From positions 30,343-54,342 of the forward strand of contig CAXTWC010000014.1 of assembly GCA_964247805.1 (NCBI GenBank): DNA of 24,000 nt. Direction: 5' to 3'. The notes beneath the pieces are model-generated. The model ran no database searches, was not told the DNA's origin, and saw only the letters and a program-made list of their open reading frames with translations. This stretch comes from an uncultured Acetobacteraceae bacterium (lineage in GTDB: Bacteria > Pseudomonadota > Alphaproteobacteria > Acetobacterales > Acetobacteraceae). Positions 1-7,979 of the stretch are shown here, piece after piece. A program made the translations under genes and the position numbers. How positions within the stretch are numbered: the first letter of the stretch is position 1; every line of letters begins with the position of its first letter.

Positions 1-1
1 G

Positions 2-1003
2 CTGGCGCCTGCGATTCTCCTTCTATTGCGAATTCTGCAGGGCTGCGCGGTCGGCGGTGAGCTTCCGGGCGCGTCGGTGTTCATCAGCGAACATGCACCT
101 AGCCAGCGGCTGGGTCTATCGAGCGGCACGTTCCAAGGTGTGGTGAATTGCGGATTGCTCCTGGGTGCGGCAGCCGCGGCCCTGGCCAGCCTCGTCGCAA
201 GCCTGGACCCCGCGCTCGCATCACTGTCCTGGCGAATGCCGTTCGTACTCGGCGGTCTGTTCGGCCTGATGGCAGCGTACCTACGACGCCATCTAGCGGA
301 GAGTCCGATGTTCGAGAGCATCAAGCAGGAGCGTGGGCTTTCGAGGCAGACACCGATCATCGTCGTGCTGCAGCACTATCGCCTTCAATGCGCACTAGCC
401 TTGGCGCTGGTCTTTGTGTTCTCGACGACGAGCGGCGTGTATTTTCAATACCTGCCGACCTTCCTGGTCACACAGCTGCATTTCGCCCCGCGTATCGTGT
501 TCACCTCCAACATCGTCGGCGTGATCGCCTTCGTGCTGGGAATGCCGCTGTGGGGGATGGTGCGGGATCGCTGGGGTTGGTCAAGGACAATCGCAATGAG
601 CGCAGTGTTGAATGCGGCAATCTGCGTGTGGTTTTTCCATTTTGTCCCGACCCTGGGCCCGTCAAACGCCAGGCTGGTCTATGCCTTCGCCGCCGTGGGT
701 CTCGGCGCAGGCTGCGTGCATGCCATGGTGCCGGGTCTGATCTCCTCGCTGTTCCCAACGGCCATCCGGCAGAGCGGCTTCGCCCTGCCCTACAGTATCG
801 GCACGGCCGTGTTCACCGGACTGACGCCGCTGTTCCTGGCGTGGCTGGTGCGCGACTACGGGCTGGCTGCGCCGATGTTCCAATACCTCGCGGCTTGCGC
901 GGTTGCGCTAGTGATCGCGTATGCGATCACGGCTGTACCGCACTTTCTGGGACTGGCAGAGCCTGGCGTCATTGCCGCCGAAACCCTGGGCGAAAGCATC
1001 TGA
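2..1003 (+). CDS. MFS transporter, metabolite:H+ symporter (MHS; ProP/KgtP-like) family, 5'-partial (continues upstream of the window)
   Basis: The frame is open from base 2 (LAPAILLLLRILQG...), so the TTG at 26 in the track is not the true start. Stop is TGA 1001-1003. RILQGCAVGGELPGASVFISEHAP matches the MHS-family R-x-x-Q-G-x-x-x-G-G-E region. About eight further hydrophobic helices follow. Codon position 3 is G/C-rich. Confidence 0.85.
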   Translation: MAPAILLLLRILQGCAVGGELPGASVFISEHAPSQRLGLSSGTFQGVVNCGLLLGAAAAALASLVASLDPALASLSWRMPFVLGGLFGLMAAYLRRHLAESPMFESIKQERGLSRQTPIIVVLQHYRLQCALALALVFVFSTTSGVYFQYLPTFLVTQLHFAPRIVFTSNIVGVIAFVLGMPLWGMVRDRWGWSRTIAMSAVLNAAICVWFFHFVPTLGPSNARLVYAFAAVGLGAGCVHAMVPGLISSLFPTAIRQSGFALPYSIGTAVFTGLTPLFLAWLVRDYGLAAPMFQYLAACAVALVIAYAITAVPHFLGLAEPGVIAAETLGESI

Positions 1004-1301
1004 CGGAACGCAGGCAAACGTGGCGCGCAAGCTGCCGCTCCTGGAATTGTCATGGCGGCCAGACCGAACCGGTGATGCGGGCGGGCGACCTCGGCTCCGA
1101 TGCCCGGCAAACGTGCCATGAATCGATGGACAGCATTTTCGCGTCATCCGCAGCTCCAGGACACGGCAGAGCACCCCTGCAGGACATGGACGGGAAGTGG
1201 CTTCTCCCTCCGCGCCGGAAATAGCTCGAGGCTTGCCGGTCCGCTTAGCGTTCGGCACTGGCCCGAAGCCTGAAACGGCGGGTCAGACAGGTGGACGATG
1301 G

Positions 1302-1329
1302 CAAAGAAGCCGGATGTTTCCCGTCCGGC
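1302..1329. terminator. GC-rich stem-loop with T-runs on both strands; candidate bidirectional intrinsic terminator
   Basis: GCCGGATG (1309-1316) pairs with CGTCCGGC (1322-1329); one position is G.U on the plus transcript and a mismatch on the minus transcript. Loop is tttcc. It is followed by gtctttctc on the + strand and by ttctttg (complement of 1302-1308) on the - strand. It starts 7 nt after the stop of minus-strand ORF 1337..1696. Confidence 0.4.
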
Positions 1330-1336
1330 GTCTTTC

Positions 1337-1696
1337 TCAACCAGCCTCTACGGGCACGTCGACCGGCTTGGCAGGCATGGTCGAGCGACGCTTTACGGGC
1401 GGCGCTTTGCTCGCAGAAAGATCCGTCGGGGATTTTGGGCCCGGCTTGGACGAGACCGGCTTTTCCGCGACTGGCTTCCTCGCTCTAGCTTTTGCGGCAG
1501 CAGCCTTCTCCTTCATCGCGACAGCTTTGACCTTCTCATGCTCTGTCTTGATCTGGTCGCGGATCATGGCTAATGCCGCCTTGGTGACGGCGGGCCGCGT
1601 CGCTTCGGGAATCGACTTCAGTGCCGTGAAAAAGGCTTGGCGTACTGGTTTGGCTCCCCTTGGCGAGCGCGCCGTTGTAGTGTCTTTCTTGGCCAA
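1337..1696 (-). CDS. small basic Lys/Ala/Pro-rich protein (histone-H1-like low-complexity tail), function unknown
   Basis: Start placed at TTG 1696-1694 because GGAG (complement of 1706-1709) lies 9 nt upstream. The track start at 1750 adds 18 odd residues. Product: MAKKDTTTARSPRGAKPVRQAFF...KEKAAAAKARARKPVAEKPVSSKPGPK...KRRS. A hairpin plus T-run lies immediately downstream. Local GC is lower than in the neighbours. Confidence 0.5.
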   Translation of the reverse strand: MAKKDTTTARSPRGAKPVRQAFFTALKSIPEATRPAVTKAALAMIRDQIKTEHEKVKAVAMKEKAAAAKARARKPVAEKPVSSKPGPKSPTDLSASKAPPVKRRSTMPAKPVDVPVEAG

Positions 1697-1771
1697 TTGA
1701 AGAGACTCCTGTCCGGTCACAACGACCGTGATGGTGTCGTGTCGACACAACTTCTATTTGGACCGTAGCTG

Positions 1772-2233
1772 TCAGATCGAACGGCGCCCTTTGGCCGGGC
1801 GCGGCAGTCCGGGCGGGAAGATGGTCTTCACTGAGACGCAGCCACCCGGTAAGCTGTCCTTGATGCAGACGTACGTTCCGTGACCGCCCTTGTCCGTAAT
1901 GATTTCGTGATAGGCGCAGTAGCCGTAACTGCGGGCTGCCAGAAGCGCTTGCAGCGCGTAGTTCGTCCCAATCCCTAGCGCTGCCGTGAGCGGAATGCAG
2001 AGCACAGCGCCATAGACTGCGGCTTGCCAGGCAATTCGTTCGGGTACTTCGCCAGGAGGCCATGAGACACCAGCGTAAGCGGCACCAATTAGATTCGAAT
2101 GCGCCCTTGGCCGCACGCGCAACGGCCTTGACGGCTGCTGACCTCCCCGTTCACGCTGGACGAAAATGGGCAGTGCGACCCTGGCTGTTTGGTATTTGGG
2201 CGGCTTCACGCTGCTGTTCGTGGGTGCATTCAT
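1772..2233 (-). CDS. hypothetical protein (one hydrophobic segment, several Cys); weak call
   Basis: ATG 2233 to TGA 1772. It is the only non-Arg-rich reading of this stretch (…AWQAAVYGAVLCIPLTAALGIG…YGYCAYHEIITDKGGHGTYVCIKD…). Third-position GC is only moderate. No family recognised and the start is uncertain. Confidence 0.3.
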   Translation of the reverse strand: MNAPTNSSVKPPKYQTARVALPIFVQRERGGQQPSRPLRVRPRAHSNLIGAAYAGVSWPPGEVPERIAWQAAVYGAVLCIPLTAALGIGTNYALQALLAARSYGYCAYHEIITDKGGHGTYVCIKDSLPGGCVSVKTIFPPGLPRPAKGRRSI

Positions 2234-2425
2234 GCAGGTAGGACCGTTTGCCTGGGCCGCGGCGTGGCAAGTTCGGCATTGGGGGGACCGGATGCAACAC
2301 CTTGCAGCGCGCGCACTCGCATGAGAACGAGGGCTTGGGTGGCCGTGGTAGGCCGCTCAGGATGGGCAGTGCTGCGTCGTCTTCTGGCACTCGGGCCAGC
2401 ACCGCCGCGACCTCCCACCTTGCGG

Positions 2426-2650
2426 ATGGATGAGGACGAAGTGCGGGAACTCGCCACCGCTGCGTTCCTTGCTGCCGGTGTCGGACGCCACGGGTCGCAA
2501 CCTTACGGCACGATCGTCTCGCTGCCGCTTCGCGGTGATACCCCTCCCGTTTGGATGGTCAACACCGCAACTATCGGCAGTGGCTGGCGGGTAAGCGTGG
2601 ACGATGCCACGGGAGAGGTTGGGCCGGTGAAGCGGTGGGGGCTCAGGTAG
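2426..2650 (+). CDS. hypothetical small protein (74 aa)
   Basis: ATG 2426 (MDEDEVRELATAAF…WMVNTATIGSGWRVSVDDATGEVGPVKRW) to TAG 2648-2650. The 79 Arg-rich residues upstream in track ORF 2189..2650 look non-coding. A strong hairpin (2695-2718) lies about 45 nt downstream. No clear Shine-Dalgarno and no family recognised. Confidence 0.35.
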   Translation: MDEDEVRELATAAFLAAGVGRHGSQPYGTIVSLPLRGDTPPVWMVNTATIGSGWRVSVDDATGEVGPVKRWGLR

Positions 2651-2694
2651 GGCACGGTAGCTCAAACCAGGACCATCAAATCGTAAGCAGACGT

Positions 2695-2718
2695 GGCCGA
2701 ACCCGCTTCGGGTCGGCC
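2695..2718. terminator. GC-rich hairpin between convergent ORFs; candidate bidirectional terminator
   Basis: GGCCGAACCCG (2695-2705) pairs with CGGGTCGGCC (2709-2718): 10 bp with one bulged A, loop ctt. It is followed by ccccatttcg on + and by acgtctgcttacgatttg on -. It sits between the 3' ends of 2426..2650 (+) and 2819..3337 (-). Confidence 0.4.
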
Positions 2719-2818
2719 CCCATTTCGCATCGATGAGAAACAGGCTCGGAGACAATCTGCGGAGCCGCCTGTACTCACCTTTCGGACGCCCTCGTCAATG
2801 AGTTCTGGAAAGGACGTC

Positions 2819-3337
2819 CTAACCAGGATTTCGCACGGGCACGAATGACGCCTCGATGGCACTGAGCGTAGCTACGAGGCGATCCAGCCGAGCCCGGTCC
2901 AGCGGCGTGTCCGGCCTGTCGGGTGGTGGGGCGGCATACTCCATTACTGTGGCGCCAAGGCTTCGGTTCTCGATCACCAGCGTGCACGCATAGGGTCCGT
3001 TCACGTTCAGGCCGTTCCCGGAAGCGTTCACGGCGAGCTGGTGCCAGCAACCGACCGCGAAGCGCTGTCCGCCGCTGGTCCCGGTCAGCGATTGTTCCAC
3101 CGCGGCCTGCTCCAAAGGCGGGCCGCTCGGCGGACGCTGGTCCGCCCCGATCCGCGCCTCGAACCGTACGTGAGCGAAGCGGTCCTGCTCGAACACCATC
3201 TCCACATCCAGACGCTGATCATACTCGGTCGATGGCGTGGCGAGGCGTCCCGTGCGCTCATTCAGGTAGAAGCTGCATCCGGCATAGGTGTTGGCAGGGC
3301 TCGGGTCGATGCACGACACGTCCCGGCTGTCCGGCAC
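2819..3337 (-). CDS. hypothetical exported / lipoprotein-like protein; true 5' end probably lies upstream (near 3478-3482), see findings
   Basis: Strong G/C at codon position 3. Stop is TAG 2821-2819. GTG 3337 is the first canonical in-frame start. However, the same frame stays open up to the TAG at 3487-3485 and encodes …CLLFACTALLPASCGDDPGPEYAKPLAQW…, a signal/lipobox-like segment with no ATG/GTG/TTG. Confidence 0.7.
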   Translation of the reverse strand: MPDSRDVSCIDPSPANTYAGCSFYLNERTGRLATPSTEYDQRLDVEMVFEQDRFAHVRFEARIGADQRPPSGPPLEQAAVEQSLTGTSGGQRFAVGCWHQLAVNASGNGLNVNGPYACTLVIENRSLGATVMEYAAPPPDRPDTPLDRARLDRLVATLSAIEASFVPVRNPG

Positions 3338-3489
3338 CTGGAGTGTCGGCCCGCCCGCCGTCGGAAGGGCGCGTATAGCAACCTTCGTCTCGCGCCATTG
3401 AGCAAGCGGCTTGGCATATTCAGGCCCTGGGTCGTCGCCGCAACTGGCTGGCAGCAGCGCGGTGCAGGCGAACAGCAGGCATCGCTAAC

Positions 3490-4017
3490 TCATGGCGCCG
3501 CACCGTCCTGTTCAGCCGGGCGTGTGGCCTCGATTGCCGCGGCGATCCTGCTTGCATAATCTTCGAGGCTCATGCCTCGGGGCCGCGGACCGCGGATGGA
3601 GAGCTGCGCGCGGCGGCGGGACACTTGGACGTTGGCGCGGCTGTGGTCACGGACCGGCAACATCGCTTCGGGTCTGAAGAAGAAGTCGGTGCAGACGATA
3701 GGATTGTCGGACACCCTGGCATGGTCGATCGCCGACCAAGGCACCAGCGGGTCGGCGAGACCCGGGCAACGGAACCCGGCGGGAGTGATGACCAGGAACG
3801 GCGTGCGGCGGCGCAGGAAGCGGGGTAGAAATTGCAGCACCAGTCCGCCGCCGACCACCAGGAATGTCACCACCAGCAGCCAGGCTGCCCAGTAGTAGAT
3901 TGCGTTGACCAGCAGCACTGGCAGCATGACTGCGCCAGCCAGGAAGAATGCGCCGCCCAACGAAGCCTGCTTAGCCGAGGCGCGGACGTCGTCCAGAACG
4001 GCGCATTCCTCACTCAT
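3490..4017 (-). CDS. membrane protein: 2-TM hairpin plus ~90-aa soluble domain (bacterial PH-like architecture?); paralogue of the C-terminal module of the upstream M48 protein
   Basis: ATG 4017-4015 overlaps the upstream stop (ATGAGTGA, 8-nt overlap). Two long hydrophobic helices (GGAFFLAGAVMLPVLLVNAIYYW / AAWLLVVTFLVVGGGLVLQFL) are followed by RRRTPFLVITPAGFRCPGLADPLVPW…VSRRRAQLSIRGPRPRGMS. Stop is TGA 3492-3490. Confidence 0.8.
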   Translation of the reverse strand: MSEECAVLDDVRASAKQASLGGAFFLAGAVMLPVLLVNAIYYWAAWLLVVTFLVVGGGLVLQFLPRFLRRRTPFLVITPAGFRCPGLADPLVPWSAIDHARVSDNPIVCTDFFFRPEAMLPVRDHSRANVQVSRRRAQLSIRGPRPRGMSLEDYASRIAAAIEATRPAEQDGAAP

Positions 4018-6259
4018 TGGACGGGCTCGTGGAGGGCGGCACGATGTCGGCAGTTTCGTCCGTTGCCAGAAGCGCGTGCAACTCCCTTTCCGAGAGGATC
4101 ATGCTGTAGCCAGGTTCGGCCTCCCCGACCAACGCGGCCCGGGCGCAGGCGGCCGTCCAGTAACGGTTTATGAGTTGGACGAACGCGTCTGGGGATAGGC
4201 CGCGCGGGCGCACGCCGAGCATCGTGACGACGCGACGACGCGCGCTCACCAGCACGCCCCAGCCGGACACGCGCCTCGGCAGCTTCGTTGTGTCCTTCAG
4301 GCGAATGAACACGTGGGTGGAGCGTTGCCGGGTCATGCTCACCCGCTCCACCCCGATCCAAGGCACCATCCGGTCCAATCCGCGGCAGGCGAAGCCGTCG
4401 GGATGTAGCGTGATCAGCGGCGCATTGCGCCCCCGCCACACCATCAAGCCACGCAGGATAGCGGCTGCGCCGACCGTGGCCAAACCGGCTACGACGAGCC
4501 ACATGGTGGGAATCTGCGACGGGTCGTTGATCGTGGCAAACGTCACCGAGTAGGCGAGCAGAAGCCCAGCCGCGAGGAACACCGCCGCCACGATGCCCCA
4601 GACCGCCGCCGGTCTGCGCCAGTCGCCGAGGATCTCGACAACGGTCTCGGTCGGCTGTTCGGCAGCTTCGCGTAGCTGCGCGACGCGTTTCGCGTGGCTG
4701 GACGCGGCCAGTCCGGCTGCGTCGGCGCTGACCGCCGCACAGAGGCTGGCCCAGTCATCGAACAGGCCCCGTGCGAACTCGCTCGCATCGGACCGCACGG
4801 GCCGGGATGCCGCCGCCAGCAACGGCGCCGTCATGACAAGCCCGAGCGCGCCCAAGCGTTGGCTGGTTGGGGGATGGCTATCGGTGGGATGCGGTTGACG
4901 ATCCTCCAGAGCGGCGGCGGCATTGCCCAGGCCCGCCGCCTCGGCGTGGGCGACGATGGCGGCAACCAGGTCGGGGGAGGCAGTCGCGGGCTTGCGCCAG
5001 GTTTCGTCGAGCACGTGGCCGATCACAGGTTGCAGCAAGGCGGTGCGGACCAGGGCGCGTGCCGCCATCTCCGCCCCACTGTGCTGAGCGCCAGCCCGGT
5101 CGGCCTCGATTTCGCGCAGGCGGCTCCAATGCTTCACCGCGCCATCGAACACCGCCATCATGTGCGTCCCGAGCGTGATGGCGGGTCCCTGGGTCCACGA
5201 CGCGGTCGAAGCGCCGCGGACGGAACGCAACGCTTGCAGGTTGCGCTCGATGCCGGTGTAGATCGGCATGAACCGCACACTGTATGCGGTGTCGGTGGCG
5301 AAATGCGCCAGTTCGTGGCCGATGATGGCGGCGGTCTCGCCCGCATCCAGCATGGCGAGCATAGGCAGCGAAATATGCAGCGTGCGGCCGCTCAGCAAAG
5401 TATGGCCGGGCTCCAGCGCAACATTCGCCGAGGTCACGAAGAAGCCGTCAACCAGGCCCGCCGCCACGTGGTCCGGCACTGCCGTTCCCTGCTCGGCCGC
5501 GCGCTCTGCCAGGAATCGCCACAGCCCTGGTGCCTCGTCGGACGTGACTTCACGCCCGAGCAACGGCAGCGGTGCCGGTGTAAACGCGGCAAGCGAGCGG
5601 CGGAGCTGGCGTATGGTGAGCCAGCCAAGCCAGAGCGCCACGCCCGCCACTGCGAGGCCCGGCGTCAGGATCTGGATCTCCGTTCGCCCATCCGACGTGC
5701 CGAACAGCCATCCCAGGATCTCGAACAACACCGCCGCGCTGCAAGCCAGCGCGAGGCCGCCGACCAGGCTGCCGAGTAGGAGCGGCAACAGGGAGCGCAC
5801 TCGGGAGAATGCCGCCTCAAGCGCATCGCGCGATTGCAGGCTCCGTCGCGCGGCCCAGGCGGCGGCGGTCAAGCCCGCGGATCCGGCGAGCAAACTCGTG
5901 ATGCCGCCGAGCATCGTTGCAAGCGCCAGTCCAACGCGGACCCGGGCAGTCATCGCCTCCCATCGTAGAACCCCAACGCCGTCATGCATCATCTTCGCGG
6001 CGAGCTGCGCCCCGTAGGCCTGAGGGTCGCCCTGGAAATGAACGATCCGGTACGGAGTGACCGCGGCGGCCGCATCCATCTGGTTCGCTTGCGCTGCTAG
6101 TTGCGTCGCCTCCTGCGTCAGGCTGGCGAAGCTGGACCATCCGAGTTGCGACTCCCACGCCCCGAGCGCAACGAACAGGAATGGCAGGCCGAGAACGACC
6201 AGACGGCGGCGCCAGGGCAGGTCAGGCAAGCTGGTTTGCTCCGAGGGATGGGCTGCCAC
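4010..6259 (-). CDS. polytopic M48-family (HtpX/Ste24-like) zinc metallopeptidase with C-terminal 2-TM + PH-like(?) extension
   Basis: GTG 6259 is the first start after an in-frame TGA. HExxH is present in AAIIGHELAHFATD. The downstream Glu motif is REIEADRAGA, followed by HPTDSHPPTSQRL; this is the arrangement typical of peptidase M48. There are at least four N-terminal TM helices plus two C-terminal ones. Position-3 GC is high throughout. Confidence 0.85.
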   Translation of the reverse strand: MAAHPSEQTSLPDLPWRRRLVVLGLPFLFVALGAWESQLGWSSFASLTQEATQLAAQANQMDAAAAVTPYRIVHFQGDPQAYGAQLAAKMMHDGVGVLRWEAMTARVRVGLALATMLGGITSLLAGSAGLTAAAWAARRSLQSRDALEAAFSRVRSLLPLLLGSLVGGLALACSAAVLFEILGWLFGTSDGRTEIQILTPGLAVAGVALWLGWLTIRQLRRSLAAFTPAPLPLLGREVTSDEAPGLWRFLAERAAEQGTAVPDHVAAGLVDGFFVTSANVALEPGHTLLSGRTLHISLPMLAMLDAGETAAIIGHELAHFATDTAYSVRFMPIYTGIERNLQALRSVRGASTASWTQGPAITLGTHMMAVFDGAVKHWSRLREIEADRAGAQHSGAEMAARALVRTALLQPVIGHVLDETWRKPATASPDLVAAIVAHAEAAGLGNAAAALEDRQPHPTDSHPPTSQRLGALGLVMTAPLLAAASRPVRSDASEFARGLFDDWASLCAAVSADAAGLAASSHAKRVAQLREAAEQPTETVVEILGDWRRPAAVWGIVAAVFLAAGLLLAYSVTFATINDPSQIPTMWLVVAGLATVGAAAILRGLMVWRGRNAPLITLHPDGFACRGLDRMVPWIGVERVSMTRQRSTHVFIRLKDTTKLPRRVSGWGVLVSARRRVVTMLGVRPRGLSPDAFVQLINRYWTAACARAALVGEAEPGYSMILSERELHALLATDETADIVPPSTSPSNE

Positions 6260-6294
6260 CTGCGTCGCACCCGCTCACCGCCGTGGTCACCGGG

Positions 6295-7014
6295 TCACTC
6301 CGCGGTCGCGGCAAGCGCGCGGACGGCGGCTTCGCATGCATCGGCGACCGCGATGGTGCCAGCGCGATCGGTCGCAGCGTCGTTGAACTGCAGGGCCGGA
6401 CCGATGGTGAGGTGCAAGCGTCCCAGCCGTGGCAGGCGCCGGTCGGGCGGCCAGGCGGCATGGGCGCCGGAGAGGAAGCAGGGCACGACGGGGACCGGAT
6501 GGCCCGCAACCAACGTGCCGATACCGGGCCGGAAGCGTGCCATCGCGCCGGTGCGGCTGCGGGTGCCTTCTGGGAACAGGATCAGCACCGCACCATCCTC
6601 CAGCAGTCGCGCGCGCCACAGGTCGATGTCGGCGTGGGTGGTGTCCTTGCGCCAGACTGGCAGGGCGTTGATGGCATAGGCGGCGAAGGCGGCGCCGGGC
6701 AGAGACGTGAAGAAGGTGTCCCCTGCGGCCAGCGCGAAGGCCCGGCGCGCCAGCCTGTGCGGCAACGCAGCCGCGAGCGTAAGCGCATCCAGATGGCTCG
6801 AGTGGTTCGCCACCAGCACGAAAGGCGGGCTGGGCAAGTGCTGATACCCCGTGACCTTCAACCGGTGCACTGCGAGCAGATAACCCCGCACCAGCGCGCG
6901 CCAGAGAAACCCGAGCAGGTGACCACCCAAGCCGGGCTCGCGGCCGGAGCTGCGCAGACGCTGCTGCAGCGTCAGACCGTGGTCGCGCGCCGGGCGAAGC
7001 TGCCAGTCGGTCAT
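6295..7014 (-). CDS. lysophospholipid (1-acyl-sn-glycerol-3-phosphate) acyltransferase, PlsC family
   Basis: ATG 7014-7012 forms an ATGA overlap with the stop of the upstream gene (7013-7011). Acyltransferase block I is VANHSSHLDA (N-H-x4-D) and block III is LFPEGTRSRTG. The 276 extra N-terminal residues in track ORF 6295..7845 are Arg/Pro-rich and overlap cdsA out of frame. Confidence 0.85.
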   Translation of the reverse strand: MTDWQLRPARDHGLTLQQRLRSSGREPGLGGHLLGFLWRALVRGYLLAVHRLKVTGYQHLPSPPFVLVANHSSHLDALTLAAALPHRLARRAFALAAGDTFFTSLPGAAFAAYAINALPVWRKDTTHADIDLWRARLLEDGAVLILFPEGTRSRTGAMARFRPGIGTLVAGHPVPVVPCFLSGAHAAWPPDRRLPRLGRLHLTIGPALQFNDAATDRAGTIAVADACEAAVRALAATAE

Positions 7015-7979
7015 CCCGTGTAGATCCGCATGGGTTGGTCCAGCCCGACGCCGACGTAGTATTTGAGGTAGTGGAACACGGCCGGGGCCACGAGCAGAAG
7101 CGAGTTGTAGCGATCCAGTAGCCCGCCATGGCCGGGTATAGCGACTCCCATGTCCTTGATGCCGAGGTCGCGCTTGATGCTCGAGAGCATCAGGTCGCCC
7201 GCCTGCCCGCCGATGCTGATGATGGCACCCAAGCCGAGGAGCAGGACCCAGTGGTCGAGCACGGTGTCGGCGAAGATGGTGGAGGCGATCAACGCCACCA
7301 GCACCGACGTTGACACGAGCGCGCCCACCGCTCCAGACACCGTTTTGTTGGGGCTGGTCGCGGGTAGCAGCTTGCGCCCGCCGATCAGTTTGCCGAAGGT
7401 GAAGGCGAATACGTCGTTCAGCGCCACCGTGGTCAGCAACATGAGCACGATGGGCCGGTAGTTCCGGTCGTTGGCCATGTAGCCCAGATGTGCCAGACCG
7501 GCGCCGAACAGCATGAAGGCAAAAATTGCGAGCCCGGTCCGCTGCACGTAGCCCGTAGGCCGGTCCAGCGGGATGGAGACGATCGACAGCACGCCGACGG
7601 TGAGCGGGATCAGCGCCATGAACAGCCCGTACCAAGCATCTAGCGCGGCCGCATTCATCGCCAGCACGCCGAGCATGACGGTTGCGGTGATCAAGGTCTC
7701 GCGGAACAGCCCGGTCGCCCGGTCGTATTCGCGCAGGCAGAGCAGGCCTAGAACGGTGACCATGCCGATCGTCCAGACCCGTCCCAGTAGCACCGGCCCC
7801 AGCATCAGCGGCAGCAGCACCCCCCACGACCCGGTGCGCAGCCACAGCTCCCGTATCAGCGCGGGCGAGGCCCGGCGCGTGATGGCCAACGCGGTGATGA
7901 TGAGGACGGCGAGCAGCAGCACTGCAGTCGCCGCAATGACGATTCCCTGCGTCGCCGGGTGAGCAAAGGCGCCCGTCAC
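7011..7979 (-). CDS. cdsA: phosphatidate cytidylyltransferase (CDP-diacylglycerol synthase) family
   Basis: GTG 7979-7977 forms a GTGA overlap with the upstream stop (7978-7976). The protein is multi-TM. The C-terminal signature is SSIKRDLGIKDMGVAIPGHGGLLDRYNS (compare E. coli S-x-L-K-R-x4-K-D-x-G-x2-I-P-G-H-G-G-I-L-D-R-I-D). The rest of the 601-aa track ORF is an artefactual extension. Confidence 0.85.
   Translation of the reverse strand: MTGAFAHPATQGIVIAATAVLLLAVLIITALAITRRASPALIRELWLRTGSWGVLLPLMLGPVLLGRVWTIGMVTVLGLLCLREYDRATGLFRETLITATVMLGVLAMNAAALDAWYGLFMALIPLTVGVLSIVSIPLDRPTGYVQRTGLAIFAFMLFGAGLAHLGYMANDRNYRPIVLMLLTTVALNDVFAFTFGKLIGGRKLLPATSPNKTVSGAVGALVSTSVLVALIASTIFADTVLDHWVLLLGLGAIISIGGQAGDLMLSSIKRDLGIKDMGVAIPGHGGLLDRYNSLLLVAPAVFHYLKYYVGVGLDQPMRIYTG

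Noticed and set aside
2651-2725. tRNA-like start (GGCACGGTAGCTCAA…) followed by a strong hairpin and CCCCA; considered as a tRNA, a tRNA fragment or an integration-site remnant.
   Set aside because: There is no complementary D-stem (no GAGC). The hairpin has a 3-nt loop rather than a 7-nt T-loop. No acceptor-stem pairing can be drawn. It is better explained as a terminator hairpin.
4694-5779. Large antisense or alternative-frame ORFs. Examples: 4694..5779 +, 5268..6017 +, 6181..7023 +, 10344..11591 -, 11015..12223 -, 14934..15965 -, 16580..17782 +, 17658..18368 +, 21799..22947 -, 148..1224 +.
   Set aside because: These are shadow ORFs opposite to, or out of frame with, genes that have clear family motifs. 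Their translations are dominated by Arg, Pro, Gly and Ala with no helices or motifs, as expected from the scarcity of stop codons in GC-rich DNA.
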